Assembly (NCBI RefSeq): GCF_043729335.1
Contig: NZ_JAYTLQ010000042.1
Coordinates: forward strand, 85,581 to 149,580
Direction: 5' to 3'
Origin: Crenothrix sp.
GTDB taxonomy: Bacteria > Pseudomonadota > Gammaproteobacteria > Methylococcales > Methylomonadaceae
Length of the DNA stretch: 64,000 nt
In this document: positions 9,876 to 20,245 of the stretch, piece by piece
Position numbering within the stretch: the first letter of the stretch is position 1
Layout: each line of letters starts with the position of its first letter
Position numbers and translations under genes: made by a program
Notes under the pieces: model-generated
What the model saw: only the letters and a program-made list of their open reading frames with translations
What the model was told of the DNA's origin: nothing
Database searches by the model: none

Positions 9876-10205
9876 TTATTTAATGACATCATGTAAAACA
9901 GCTTTTAAAAAAGCCTTGGTATTATTGTTTTTTGGTTGTGGCAATGGATTGCCGACTTGGTCAAATGGCTCTAGGCTTGAAGATACTACTACCGTTCCAT
10001 TAGCATATAGTTGAGCCAAATCACAGATCGCAAACCATTTGTTAAAGGTACTACCACCCCCATTAGAGTTGTTAATCCGAACGAATAAAACATCATGTGA
10101 ATTTTTTCCAACTTCATAATTAAGGGTAGATTTTCTTTTACTCAAACAACTAGATTTTTTTACTATTTGAATTGGTGAATATAAATTGGAAGGCACAAGG
10201 GTCAT
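9876..10205 (-). CDS. Hypothetical protein
   Basis: 109-aa ORF co-oriented with its neighbours; no function recognised. Confidence 0.55.
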   Translation of the reverse strand: MTLVPSNLYSPIQIVKKSSCLSKRKSTLNYEVGKNSHDVLFVRINNSNGGGSTFNKWFAICDLAQLYANGTVVVSSSLEPFDQVGNPLPQPKNNNTKAFLKAVLHDVIK

Positions 10206-10254
10206 AATATTCCTGAAAATTAAATAAAAAAGTAAACTTTAAACATACAACACA

Positions 10255-10935
10255 TTAAGACTGCTTAATAAAAGTAGCGCTGCAAATAAATGAACCAGAA
10301 TTATTTGCGAACGCAGGAGAAGAATAAGCAGACAATACAAGGGTTTTACCATCCGTCTTTGCACCTATTGGCCCACCCACATCCAAAAATCCTGTTCCTG
10401 AGTAGGGACTACAAGTTGTTAGGTCAAAGTGTCCATTTGTGATAGCACCCCATGTCTGGGTAGTTACGTCTGGTTTTTTTTGTATCTCAGCAGCAGTTAA
10501 GGCGGCAAAGTCTGGATGATCTACTGTTATTGGTCCGGTTGCTAAAGAAAACTCAAATGATGGGCAAGTAAAAAAACTTTGAACACGACCATTACTGAGC
10601 ATTATATTGGTAACTTTGCACACGTCACCACCGACTTCTTTATAAGTCCCTGGCAAAATAGATCGAGTACTAATAGATATTGATGGTTTGGCAGTAAAAC
10701 TCGGTAAAGGATTAAACGAACCGTCATTTTTGACAGTTAGCTTAATGGATATATCGTAATATTTAATTTTTCCAGTGTTATCAATTGTAGGTACTTGAAA
10801 CCCCTTAACTTGATTATCCAAAGCGTATGTCTGAGCTTTTTCTAACATAACACGCGGTGTAGAAGAACCCGTAGCGGGGATAAATGTCGATAATAGAGTA
10901 ACGATAATAAGTTTACGATTAAAATTTTTTTGCAT
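10255..10935 (-). CDS. Secreted hypothetical protein, paralog 1
   Basis: Signal peptide; clearly similar to 11040..11720 (QVPTxDNTGKIKYYD, NGRxQSFFTCP, IGAKTDGKTL). Confidence 0.8.
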   Translation of the reverse strand: MQKNFNRKLIIVTLLSTFIPATGSSTPRVMLEKAQTYALDNQVKGFQVPTIDNTGKIKYYDISIKLTVKNDGSFNPLPSFTAKPSISISTRSILPGTYKEVGGDVCKVTNIMLSNGRVQSFFTCPSFEFSLATGPITVDHPDFAALTAAEIQKKPDVTTQTWGAITNGHFDLTTCSPYSGTGFLDVGGPIGAKTDGKTLVLSAYSSPAFANNSGSFICSATFIKQS

Positions 10936-11039
10936 CTTTTTCTCTTGATGATGGCCTAGTGTTATGCAATGCTTAAAGTGTGCCTTAATTTACTTGTGAT
11001 ATATTAAATTTCACTAGTGAAGTAAAAGCGCACAATGTA

Positions 11040-11720
11040 TTAAGGCTGTTTAGTAAAGGTAGCAGTACATTGAAAACTGCCGTCACCATTAATACCATTT
11101 CCGTATGCAGATAATATAAGGGTCTTGCCATCGGTTTTTGCGCCGATTATCCAACCAGATTTGCAACGATCTATATGGAAGGTATCGATGAGCCTATAGG
11201 TATCCGTGCTTGTTATGCTTGTAACATTACCCCATGCTTGGGTATTTATGTCTGATCTTTTAGTGATACCATTAGAATTTAATATAGGAAAATAAGGATG
11301 GGTAGCTGTTACTCCGCCTGTTGCTAAAGAAAATTCAAACTCTGGGCAAGTAAAGAAACTTTGAATACGTCCATTGGTCAGCGTCATATTGATAGCTTTA
11401 CATACTGTGCCATCAACAACCGATTTATAAGTACCCGCTACAATAGCTTTAGCGTTAATAATGGGTGAAGGCTTGGCAACAACACTAGCAATAGGATTAG
11501 GCGAACCGTCATTTTTAACGGTTAGGTTGATGGTCATATCGTAATATTTAATTTTGCCAGTGTTATCCACTGTTGGCACTTGAAATGCTCTAACTTGGCT
11601 GTCTAAAGCATATGTTTTAGCTTTTTCCAGCATGGCGTGCGGTGCAGCGAAACCTATGGTTGGTATAAGGGTCGAAAATAGGGTAAAAGTAGCGAGTTTA
11701 CGGCAAACATTGTTGTGCAT
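11040..11720 (-). CDS. Secreted hypothetical protein, paralog 2
   Basis: Same length (226 aa) and same motifs as 10255..10935. Confidence 0.8.
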   Translation of the reverse strand: MHNNVCRKLATFTLFSTLIPTIGFAAPHAMLEKAKTYALDSQVRAFQVPTVDNTGKIKYYDMTINLTVKNDGSPNPIASVVAKPSPIINAKAIVAGTYKSVVDGTVCKAINMTLTNGRIQSFFTCPEFEFSLATGGVTATHPYFPILNSNGITKRSDINTQAWGNVTSITSTDTYRLIDTFHIDRCKSGWIIGAKTDGKTLILSAYGNGINGDGSFQCTATFTKQP

Positions 11721-11943
11721 ATTTTCTCTTAGTGAATGGTTTTTTGGTGGTCTACCGCCAATATTGCATTAAAGCGCTAATTAATGCCTGGCATTCATTT
11801 AAGAAATGTAGTTCACCCTAAGATAAATACAATGATTCCAGAAAACATACCCAGACCAGAGTCTAAATTGCCCCATCAAATGAGTATAAAGTAAAAATCC
11901 ACGCCCTAAATATGGGCTTGATTCGACCCTTGAAAAACTGCCA

Positions 11944-12085
11944 TCATTGCATTGCCGATTTGTCGCGGCGATGAACATTATGACCTACCTGGGTATGCCG
12001 GTTTCGGTTCGGGTAGGGATAGCTCTGTCCTAAAAAAATGGGGTAAGGGAAAATGTCCGTATCGATTAATTTATGCACCAACGCC
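11944..12085 (+). mobile_element. Right-end remnant of an IS5-family (IS903-group) element
   Basis: Frame ...AAMNIMTYLGMPVSVRVG resembles IS903-type transposase C-termini. 12068-12085 reverse complement GGCGTTGGTGCATAAATT matches the IS903 IR GGCTTTGTTGAATAAATC at 14 of 18 positions. Confidence 0.7.
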
Positions 12086-12114
12086 TTGCCGATTTCAAAA
12101 CATTTTATGTTGGT

Positions 12115-12200
12115 TACGGTGGGCAAACTGTACCTAAACCGAGTTTTTCGTTAAAAACTCGTTACATGACCAGTCTCAAAATATATAATTAGCCCACACT
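12115..12200. repeat. Degenerate nested REP-like palindromes
   Basis: GGTGGGCAAA...TAGCCCAC outer arms around CGAGTTTTT-CGTT-AAAAACTCG. Confidence 0.45.
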
Positions 12201-12222
12201 CCACCCAATAATACGGCAGGCT

Positions 12223-12659
12223 ATGAATACCAATTACGACAATGATGTAATTGCCTGGGCGCAAGAACAAGCCAACTTGTTACGTTCGGGGCAATTTTCC
12301 CTTTTGGACATTGAACATATTGCTGAGGAGATCGAAGACGTGGGTAAAAGTGAACAGCGCGAACTGGCCAGTCGCATGTCGGTGTTGTTGGCGCACCTTT
12401 TAAAATGGGAATATCAACCCGAACGGCGTGGTAGCAGCTTTGAAGATACCATCCATACCCAACGGGAAAGAATCGCGCGGCGCATTCATAAACCCCCAGC
12501 TTAAAAACATCGTTGACTGATGCCGATTGGCAAGCCGATGTGTGGGATGATGCAGTGGACGATGCGATAAAAGAAACAGGGATTGCACGCAAGGTGTTTC
12601 CTAAAATTTGCCCTTGGTCAAATGAACAGATTATGTCCCTGGATTTTTACCCTGATTAA
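12223..12659 (+). pseudogene. DUF29 family gene with a one-base deletion frameshift (or a sequencing error)
   Basis: N-part MNTNYDNDVIAWAQEQANLLRSGQF...LLKWEYQP. C-part PSLKTSL...FPKICPWSNEQIMSLDFYPD* is in another frame. One more A in CATAAACCCCCAGC (~12485-12498) restores a 145-aa ORF. Confidence 0.85.
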
Positions 12660-12754
12660 GTTGAAATTTATACGCTGTACTTATAATGGGATTAGTCATT
12701 TTTGCTGTTGCGGGGGCTGACAAATATTAACCACTCACGACTGATCACACGCTT

Positions 12755-14371
12755 TTATTTTTCAGGCAGGTCACGAATAATCTTATCGGCTTGCGGCAAC
12801 CAACCCGCCAAATAACTGTTGATATATTTTGCTGTGCCCATAGCAACACCCGCCTCATCGACAGGCCAGCGCCAGCGTGCTGTATTTCTTGCCTTGGCCC
12901 CTGCTTTATTCGATTCATCAATATAGCCTTTAAAACGACTCACCATTTTAGCTTGCCTGAACTCGGTGGCTCGTAATTTTTTCCACCGTGCTTTTAGTTT
13001 TTTGTTAAAACCGGTGGCGGGAATTTTGGTCAATCGCCGGATAAGATTATTGGTATTTGGCTCAAATGCAAACCAATTAACCCCAAAAGAACCGTCATGA
13101 TCCCAGGACAGCATATAAAATTTGCCAGAACCGCTTTTGGCAAGCATAAAATTATGTCTAATATTGTCCTCGGCATGCGACACTAAAACCAGTGCCCACC
13201 AGTCAACAACGCTGTCAAGATCAATCCGCTTAGCGATACCGGTAGCAAACGTTTTATCATTGGCCTTGGCCACGAAGTCAGCAAATTCAACTAAGGGCTC
13301 AAATCTTTTAACGTCTTTGGGTTTGGGATACACCTGCACAAAATTATTTTTAACAGAGCGTGATTCAAAAAAAAGGGTATCCTCATCAATATTTGCTTTA
13401 TACAGTACGCTACCATTTTCTAGGTTTTTGAAATTAACCTTTCCCCACTGTTGCTTACCATTAGCATCGACAGGAACGCTAATTTTTTTCAGGTCGTACA
13501 TCTTACGACCTGGTTTTTCATTTAAAACATAAACGCCATCATAAGCACCGTTCTTAATCACCTCTGTCAAATGTCCGCGCAAGGATGCCTGGCCATGAGC
13601 AACACCCAACTTATCCCGATAAGCACCAGGACGAATAGCGCGAAAAATATCATGGCTTACCAAATTACGATGAAAACTACTGTCAGCATCATGGACACAA
13701 TCCAGAATCCAGTCACTGTCTTTGTTCAAATCTAATAGTTTAATATCATCGCCTTTGGTCCAGTTTGTGGCTTTAGCGATTTCTACATCCAGTGATTTTT
13801 TCGGCAAGGTTTGCGAAAGCTCACTGCCCCGAAATTCTATGCCCATTTTATGGACACCGGTATCTTGCTTAAATTGTCCACTCAATAAGCGAAAAGTGCC
13901 AGGCGATTTTGTCTCATCAACAATTTTCGCCGCAGTAAGTTGTAAGACCGGCAGATTAGTAAACAGCAAGGTGTAAGTATCCAGCAACCGGCCATTTCGA
14001 TAACGTTGCAAAGGAATTTTCGCACCGTATTTGATGCCGTTAAGACGGAAGCGACTGCCATTTTTAATGGATTTTCCTTTGATGACAAACGTATAACCAG
14101 CCACCTGTTTATAACTCAATTTCACATCATAGTTCGCAGGCTTATCAAAACCTTTACCTAGCGGAACAAACAAGATTTTATGCGCCGATTCGACACCCAC
14201 GCCAATATTATTTAACTTCAAATCATGCTGCAACCATTTTACAGGTGCAGCTGATTTTGATTGCGCTACGTTTTCGGGTTGCTTATTAGCAGCTACCGTA
14301 AAACTTGCAGATAACATCAATAAGCCGTAAAGAACCCAACTTAACGTTGAAGATAACTTAAATCTACTCAT
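12755..14371 (-). CDS. CotH-family secreted kinase-like protein, paralog 1
   Basis: Signal peptide; GIEFRG..KKS, DWIL, GVYVLNE, EDNIRHN, WDHDGSFG. Confidence 0.8.
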   Translation of the reverse strand: MSRFKLSSTLSWVLYGLLMLSASFTVAANKQPENVAQSKSAAPVKWLQHDLKLNNIGVGVESAHKILFVPLGKGFDKPANYDVKLSYKQVAGYTFVIKGKSIKNGSRFRLNGIKYGAKIPLQRYRNGRLLDTYTLLFTNLPVLQLTAAKIVDETKSPGTFRLLSGQFKQDTGVHKMGIEFRGSELSQTLPKKSLDVEIAKATNWTKGDDIKLLDLNKDSDWILDCVHDADSSFHRNLVSHDIFRAIRPGAYRDKLGVAHGQASLRGHLTEVIKNGAYDGVYVLNEKPGRKMYDLKKISVPVDANGKQQWGKVNFKNLENGSVLYKANIDEDTLFFESRSVKNNFVQVYPKPKDVKRFEPLVEFADFVAKANDKTFATGIAKRIDLDSVVDWWALVLVSHAEDNIRHNFMLAKSGSGKFYMLSWDHDGSFGVNWFAFEPNTNNLIRRLTKIPATGFNKKLKARWKKLRATEFRQAKMVSRFKGYIDESNKAGAKARNTARWRWPVDEAGVAMGTAKYINSYLAGWLPQADKIIRDLPEK

Positions 14372-14427
14372 TCATTAACCCTCGTAAAAGTTCAATAGCC
14401 TATAAAATAGCTCATTGAATTTGGCTT

Positions 14428-16026
14428 TTATTTCTCAGGCAAAGCCTGAATAAATTTATCGGCCTCAGGTAACCAACTTGCTAAGTACCGGTTGATATAG
14501 GTTGCTGTGCCCATATAGGCATCTGTTGGGTGTTGAGGCCAATGGGCTACATTTCTCCCCCTGGCTCCGCCTTTATTCGATTCATTAATATACGCTGTAA
14601 AGCGGGCAACCATCTTTTTTTGACTGAGTTCAGTAGCTCGCAATATTTCCCAACGTGCCTTTAACTTGGCGTTAAAGGCCGGAAGCTTGAGCAGCCTCTT
14701 AATAAGATTATTTGAATCGGGTTTAAATGCAAACCATTTTACCCCGAAAGAACCTTCATGATCCCAGGGCAATAGATAAAATTTGCCGGAACCGCTTTTG
14801 GCCAGCATAAAATTATGCCTTATATTATCTTCGGCATGTGACGCTAATACCAATGACCACCAGTCCACCACACTGTCAATATCAATCCATTTAGCAATAT
14901 CTGTGGCAAATTTTTGATCATCGGCTTTCGCCACAAAGTTGGCCAATCTCATCAGTGGCAACCATCTTTCAGCATCTTTTAATTTTGGATAGACCTGTTC
15001 AAAGTTAGTTTTAACAGATATCGCATCAAAAAAAACTTTTTTAAAAACACCTGATTTATACAATACGCTGCCATTTTCGGGTTTTGTAAAATCAACTTTA
15101 TGCCACTGCGGCAGGCCCTTTGCATCAACAGGGACGTTAATCTTTTGCAGCTCATACATCTTACGGCTCGGTTTTTCATTTAAAGAATAAACGCCATCGT
15201 AGCTACCATTTTTAATGACTTCAATCAGATGGCCTTTAAGTGCTGCCTGTCCATGAGCAACGCCCTGTTTATCACTATAAGCACCCGGATGAATAGCACG
15301 AAAAATATCCTGGCTCACCACATTACGAAAAAAAGTGGTGTCAACATAGACGGCATCCAGAATCCAGTCGCTATCATTGTTCAGATCCAATAATTTAACA
15401 TTCAAACTTTTCGTCCGGGCAGTTGCCTTAACCATTTGTACACCAAGCGATTTTTTAGCATACTTTTGCGTACCCATGCCTCGAAATTCAATCCCCATCC
15501 TTAAAATACCGGTATCTTGTTTAAATTGCCCGCTCATCAAACGAAAAGTACCAGGCGACTTTGGTTCGTCAATAATTTTCGCCGCATTAAGCTGTAAAAC
15601 AGGCAGATTAGTAAAAAGTAACGTGTACGTTTCCACTACTCCATTTAAAGAACGTTGCAATGGAATCATCGACCCATAGCTAATGCCCTTAAAGCGAAAG
15701 CGACTGCCATTGTTAATAACAGTCCCTTTAATAGTAAACTGATAATCCGGATCAATCGGTTTATAAGTAAAGGTCATATCATAATTAGTGGGCGTATTAA
15801 AACCGTTACCCAGGGGGACGAACAAGATTTTTTGAACTGATTCAACCCCTACGCCAATATTATTTAACTTTAAATTATGCTGCGCCCATTTTACAGGCGG
15901 TGCTAATTCTTGCTGGATTTTATATTTTAACGGATTAGCTAAAGCTGCTGAAAAACCCGCCGATGACGTTAATAGCACACCAAGCCCCAAGCTGAGTATT
16001 AACAATAATCTGAATTTATTTTTCAT
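14428..16026 (-). CDS. CotH-family secreted kinase-like protein, paralog 2
   Basis: GIEFRGMGTQKYAKKS, DWILDAVYVD, EDNIRHN, WDHEGSFG. Confidence 0.8.
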   Translation of the reverse strand: MKNKFRLLLILSLGLGVLLTSSAGFSAALANPLKYKIQQELAPPVKWAQHNLKLNNIGVGVESVQKILFVPLGNGFNTPTNYDMTFTYKPIDPDYQFTIKGTVINNGSRFRFKGISYGSMIPLQRSLNGVVETYTLLFTNLPVLQLNAAKIIDEPKSPGTFRLMSGQFKQDTGILRMGIEFRGMGTQKYAKKSLGVQMVKATARTKSLNVKLLDLNNDSDWILDAVYVDTTFFRNVVSQDIFRAIHPGAYSDKQGVAHGQAALKGHLIEVIKNGSYDGVYSLNEKPSRKMYELQKINVPVDAKGLPQWHKVDFTKPENGSVLYKSGVFKKVFFDAISVKTNFEQVYPKLKDAERWLPLMRLANFVAKADDQKFATDIAKWIDIDSVVDWWSLVLASHAEDNIRHNFMLAKSGSGKFYLLPWDHEGSFGVKWFAFKPDSNNLIKRLLKLPAFNAKLKARWEILRATELSQKKMVARFTAYINESNKGGARGRNVAHWPQHPTDAYMGTATYINRYLASWLPEADKFIQALPEK

Positions 16027-16303
16027 ACCATTCCTCTTAAATTCGATGATTTTTCTACTGTCTAATAACCTAGCATTTAGTCAGTGTTTATTTGTCGGGC
16101 ATATTTTTAAAATTTGCTGACACGAGATAAGGCGCCATAAACGTCCCACATTTACACTCCTATTCGCCAGGCTAAAGCCGAAGCGAATAATTCGCAGAAG
16201 GATCTAAAGGCGGGCAGCCTAAGATTTCTTAAGCGGACAGATGGATATTGATTTTTATGCATTACTTTATTGTGAGTTTCTTAGTAAATATCCTAACTAA
16301 TGT

Positions 16304-16395
16304 GTATGCGTTCACCTCTCCCTTTGAAAAAGGGGGATTTATTTTAAAAATCTCCCCTAACCCCTCTTTTTCAAAGAGGGGGGCTGAACGGTTAC
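16304..16395. mobile_element. MITE family 2 (92 bp) with palindromic interior
   Basis: TIRs GTATGCGTTCACC / GGCTGAACGGTTAC; 8-bp direct repeat ACTAATGT at 16296-16303 and 16396-16403; interior hairpins CCCTTTGAAAAAGGG and CCTCTTTTTCAAAGAGG. Confidence 0.85.
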
Positions 16396-16936
16396 ACTAA
16401 TGTTATGTGTAGTATTTACACAAAAGACGTGAAAAAATTAACGGCCAAACACACTATCTGCACTTGCTAAGTAACAGGCATACGTGCAATTTACGGGTTA
16501 AATTTGATTTACTCGCAAGCAATAACCAAACGGATTACAGCGTGAGGATTTTTTATATCGTTATGTTTTTGTGGCAAATATAGCTAACATCTAGGGTTGT
16601 TTTGAGCTGTCAATTAAGTCAGTAGAGGTGAAGGTTATTTAGTAATAGTGAGCGTTCATCGGTGTTTATAAACGTGCATGAAACAATTGACAACGGTAGG
16701 TGCGAAGTCATTCGCATGGTAGCCGCAGGGCAGAAATGCAAACACATCGACATCCTGTATACAAAATTTACTCAAGTTTTTTGAGCATTTTTTGTATAAA
16801 TGCTCCACCCATTTTTTTGTACCTTTCGTGTCTTTCGAGGACAGTGCGTTGCATTTGCGTGCGTTGAATGCCGCGACATTACAAACTAATTAGAAAAAAT
16901 ATCGGGAAAAAAGTTCAAAACAACACTCGGTATTAG

Positions 16937-18535
16937 CTACTTTTCAGGTAAGCCCGCGATAAGTTTATCGGCTTGTGGCAACCACTGTGCCAAATAAGCA
17001 TTAATATATTTCGCCGTACCCATATTTTCCTCGCCTCTCTCAGGCCAACGCGCGGTATTTCTTGCCCTGGCACCGCCCTTATTTGATTCATTTAAATACT
17101 GCTGGAAGCGGGCTACCATTTTGCCCTGACTGAGTTCAGTAAGGCGCAATGCTTTCCAGCGCGCTTTTAACTTAGTATTAAAATGGGTAGCCGGAAGCTT
17201 GGTCAGTCTTTTGATCAGATTATTGGTATCGGGTTCAAATGCGAACCAATTAATCCCAAAAGAACCTTCATGATCCCACGCCAATAAATAAAATTTACCC
17301 GAGCCACTTTTAGCCAGTGAAAAATTATGTTTTATATTATCCTCACCATGTGACGCCAACACCAGCGCCCACCAATCCACCACGCTATCAAGATCAATCT
17401 TTTTGGCAATATCCGCAGTAAACTTCTGATCGGTTGACGTTGCAACGAAATTGGCAAATTCAACAAGTGGATTCCATCTTACAACATCTTTTGGCTTAGG
17501 ATAAACCTGATCAAAATTTGCTTTAACAGATGCCGAATCATAAAAAACATCCTCAAAAGCCGCCGCTTTATAAAACACACTGCCATTTTCAGGAACACTA
17601 AATTTAACTGTACGCCACTGCGGCAGACCCTTTGTATCGAGAGGTACGGTAATTTTTTGCAGGTCATACATTTTACGACTCGGTTTTTCATTTAAAGAAT
17701 AAACCCCGTCGTAAATTCCATTCTTAATGACTTCTATAAGATGACCTCTTAGGGATGCCTGTCCACGGGCAACGCCATGCGCATCAATATAAGCTCCAGG
17801 ACGTATAGCCCGAAAAATATCATAGCTCACCAGGTCGCGAAAAAAAGAAGTGTCGACATAGACTGCATTCAACATCCAGTCATTATCCTTGTTTAAATCT
17901 AGTAATTTTATATCCGATGCTTTTGTCCAGTCCGTTGCCTTACCAATTTGTACGCCCAGCGATTTTTTAATATAGGATTGCGTACCTGCACCGCGAAATT
18001 CAACCCCCATTTTTAGCACACCGGTATCTTGCTTAAAGCGCTGGCTCATCAATCGAAAACTACCTAGCGACTTTGGCTCATCAACAATTTTCGCTGCATT
18101 AAGCTGTAAAACAGGCAGGTTGGTGAAAATTAAAGTATACGCCTCCACTACACCATTCCGAGAACGTTGTATGGGAATTTTAGCCCCGTATTTGACACGC
18201 TTAAATCGAAAGAGACTACCGTTACTAACGGGAATGCCGTTAATGGCAAACTGATAGCCCGCATCGGCATATTTATAATTAAAGGTCATGTAATAGTCGA
18301 CGGGCTTATCAAAACCATTACCCAACGAGAAAAACACATTTTTATGCGCCCATTCAACACCGACCCCAATACCATTTAATTTCAAATCCTGCTGTAACCA
18401 TGTTACCGATGCAGGCTCAGGCGCTTTTAGCGGCTTATCGGCACTTATCGCAAAACTCGTTGATAAACTAAGGTGCGCGTACAGTAAAAATCTAAGTATT
18501 GACGTTAATCTAAATTTATTTTTCATATCATCCAT
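16937..18535 (-). CDS. CotH-family secreted kinase-like protein, paralog 3
   Basis: GVEFRGAGTQSYIKKS, DWMLNAVYVD, EDNIKHN, WDHEGSFG. Confidence 0.8.
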   Translation of the reverse strand: MDDMKNKFRLTSILRFLLYAHLSLSTSFAISADKPLKAPEPASVTWLQQDLKLNGIGVGVEWAHKNVFFSLGNGFDKPVDYYMTFNYKYADAGYQFAINGIPVSNGSLFRFKRVKYGAKIPIQRSRNGVVEAYTLIFTNLPVLQLNAAKIVDEPKSLGSFRLMSQRFKQDTGVLKMGVEFRGAGTQSYIKKSLGVQIGKATDWTKASDIKLLDLNKDNDWMLNAVYVDTSFFRDLVSYDIFRAIRPGAYIDAHGVARGQASLRGHLIEVIKNGIYDGVYSLNEKPSRKMYDLQKITVPLDTKGLPQWRTVKFSVPENGSVFYKAAAFEDVFYDSASVKANFDQVYPKPKDVVRWNPLVEFANFVATSTDQKFTADIAKKIDLDSVVDWWALVLASHGEDNIKHNFSLAKSGSGKFYLLAWDHEGSFGINWFAFEPDTNNLIKRLTKLPATHFNTKLKARWKALRLTELSQGKMVARFQQYLNESNKGGARARNTARWPERGEENMGTAKYINAYLAQWLPQADKLIAGLPEK

Positions 18536-18856
18536 TTCAAATTCATTCGCTTATAACAGCCCTAAGCTGTAATTAATGGCAGGCAAATTATATCAATGGG
18601 CGCAGAACACAAACATTTAATTCGTTTGCGGTAGAGTTTATGAAGCCCTAAACAAAAAAATATAAGCCCATAGTCGAATAAAAGCCTTACTTTGACAATC
18701 CGTATAAATACCTATAGTGACTGGTTTGTCAAACAGAAAAACCATAGGTTAATTAACCCATGATTATTTACCACTAAAACTGTCTCGTTACTAATAGGGT
18801 GTCTATAGTAAAATCAAAGTTCATTTTAATGTCAAATGGCTTTTAATATCAGGTTT

Positions 18857-20245
18857 ATGAAAAAACAACTCGCTGACACTCCTAACCGCAGCGCATCACC
18901 CGCTACAATCACTTTTTTAAGCGCCTGTCTTTTTTGGTTTAAGTTAGGGTTTATTAGTTTTGGTGGGCCAGCCGGACAAATTTCCGTCATGCACCAAGAG
19001 TTGGTAGAACGTAAACGCTGGATATCCGAACGGCGATTTTTACACGCACTTAATTATTGCATGTTACTGCCAGGGCCTGAAGCACAGCAATTAGCAACCT
19101 ATCTGGGTTGGCTAATGCACCGTACCTGGGGCGGCATTATTGCTGGGCTGTTTTTTATTTTACCCTCGTTGTTTTTGTTAATATTTTTAAGCGGATTATA
19201 TGTGCGCTTTGGCCATATTCCTGAGGTTGCCGCTGTACTGTACGGCATAAAACCTGCTGTGACTGCGATTGTATTATTTGCCGCCTATCGCATCAGTTCA
19301 CGCGCATTAAAGAACAGTGTTATGTGGGGGATTGCGGGTGCGTCATTCCTGGCCATTTTTGTACTGCACCTGCCCTTTCCGTTGATTGTACTACTGGCTG
19401 CTTTAGTGGGGGCTATCGGTGGGCGATTTGCGCCTGAAAAATTCGCTACGGGCGGTGGGCATAGCGCATCCCAAAAAAGTTATGGCTCTGCTGTTATTGA
19501 TGATAATACACCAACCCCAGATCACGCACACTTTAGCTGGCCGCGCCTATTAATAATCGTATTTGTCGGTTTAATATTGTGGGGCAGCGTGTTAGGGTTT
19601 TTATGTTGGCACTATGGATGGAACGGCACGTTCACCCAGATAAGCTGGTTTTTTACCAAAGCCGCGTTACTCACTTTTGGTGGCGCTTATGCTGTCTTAC
19701 CTTATGTTTACCAAGGTGCTGTGGAGCATTATCACTGGCTTAGCGCTACACAAATGATGGATGGTTTGGCGCTTGGCGAAACCACACCTGGGCCTTTAAT
19801 CATGATTGTCACTTTTGTCGGTTTTTTGTCCGGATGGACTCAGCTGCCGTTAGGAGACAATGCATCGCTGCTCGGAGCGACTATAGCCGCGTGCCTGGCC
19901 ACCTATTTCACCTTTCTTCCAAGCTTTGTCTTTATTCTGGCAGGTGGGCCGATAGTAGAATCTACGCAGGGAAAACTAAAATTTACCGCACCACTAACAG
20001 CGATTACCGCTGCCGTGGTGGGTGTTATTTTGAATCTGGCAGTATTTTTTGCCTGGCATGTATTTTGGCCAGCAGGCCTAGCTGGAACGCCAGACTATCC
20101 TGCCTTACTGATTTTCGCTGCTGCGCTGTTGGCACTGTTGCGCTATAAAGTCGGGGTTATTGCGGTGATAGCAGCGTGTGCCTCAGCAGGAGTACTCTTG
20201 TCTTTTATCAAGCCATGGCTAGCTCAACAAGGCATTGAACTCTAG
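18857..20245 (+). CDS. chrA: Long-chain chromate efflux transporter
   Basis: SFGGPAGQI, LPGPEAQQ, TFGGAYAV, ETTPGP; AGGT upstream of ATG 18857. Confidence 0.92.
   Translation: MKKQLADTPNRSASPATITFLSACLFWFKLGFISFGGPAGQISVMHQELVERKRWISERRFLHALNYCMLLPGPEAQQLATYLGWLMHRTWGGIIAGLFFILPSLFLLIFLSGLYVRFGHIPEVAAVLYGIKPAVTAIVLFAAYRISSRALKNSVMWGIAGASFLAIFVLHLPFPLIVLLAALVGAIGGRFAPEKFATGGGHSASQKSYGSAVIDDNTPTPDHAHFSWPRLLIIVFVGLILWGSVLGFLCWHYGWNGTFTQISWFFTKAALLTFGGAYAVLPYVYQGAVEHYHWLSATQMMDGLALGETTPGPLIMIVTFVGFLSGWTQLPLGDNASLLGATIAACLATYFTFLPSFVFILAGGPIVESTQGKLKFTAPLTAITAAVVGVILNLAVFFAWHVFWPAGLAGTPDYPALLIFAAALLALLRYKVGVIAVIAACASAGVLLSFIKPWLAQQGIEL

Noticed and set aside
16160-16235. Possible c-di-GMP riboswitch upstream of CotH paralog 2
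   Set aside because: Only fragments (GATCTAA, GGCAGCC) resemble it; the GCAAA/GAAA tetraloop-receptor architecture is absent on both strands. An Infernal/Rfam scan would settle it.
16690-16880. Further REP-like fragments (GTAGGTGCGAAGTCATTCGCA, CCTTTCGTGTCTTTCGAGG)
   Set aside because: Too degenerate to delimit; no TIR or TSD.
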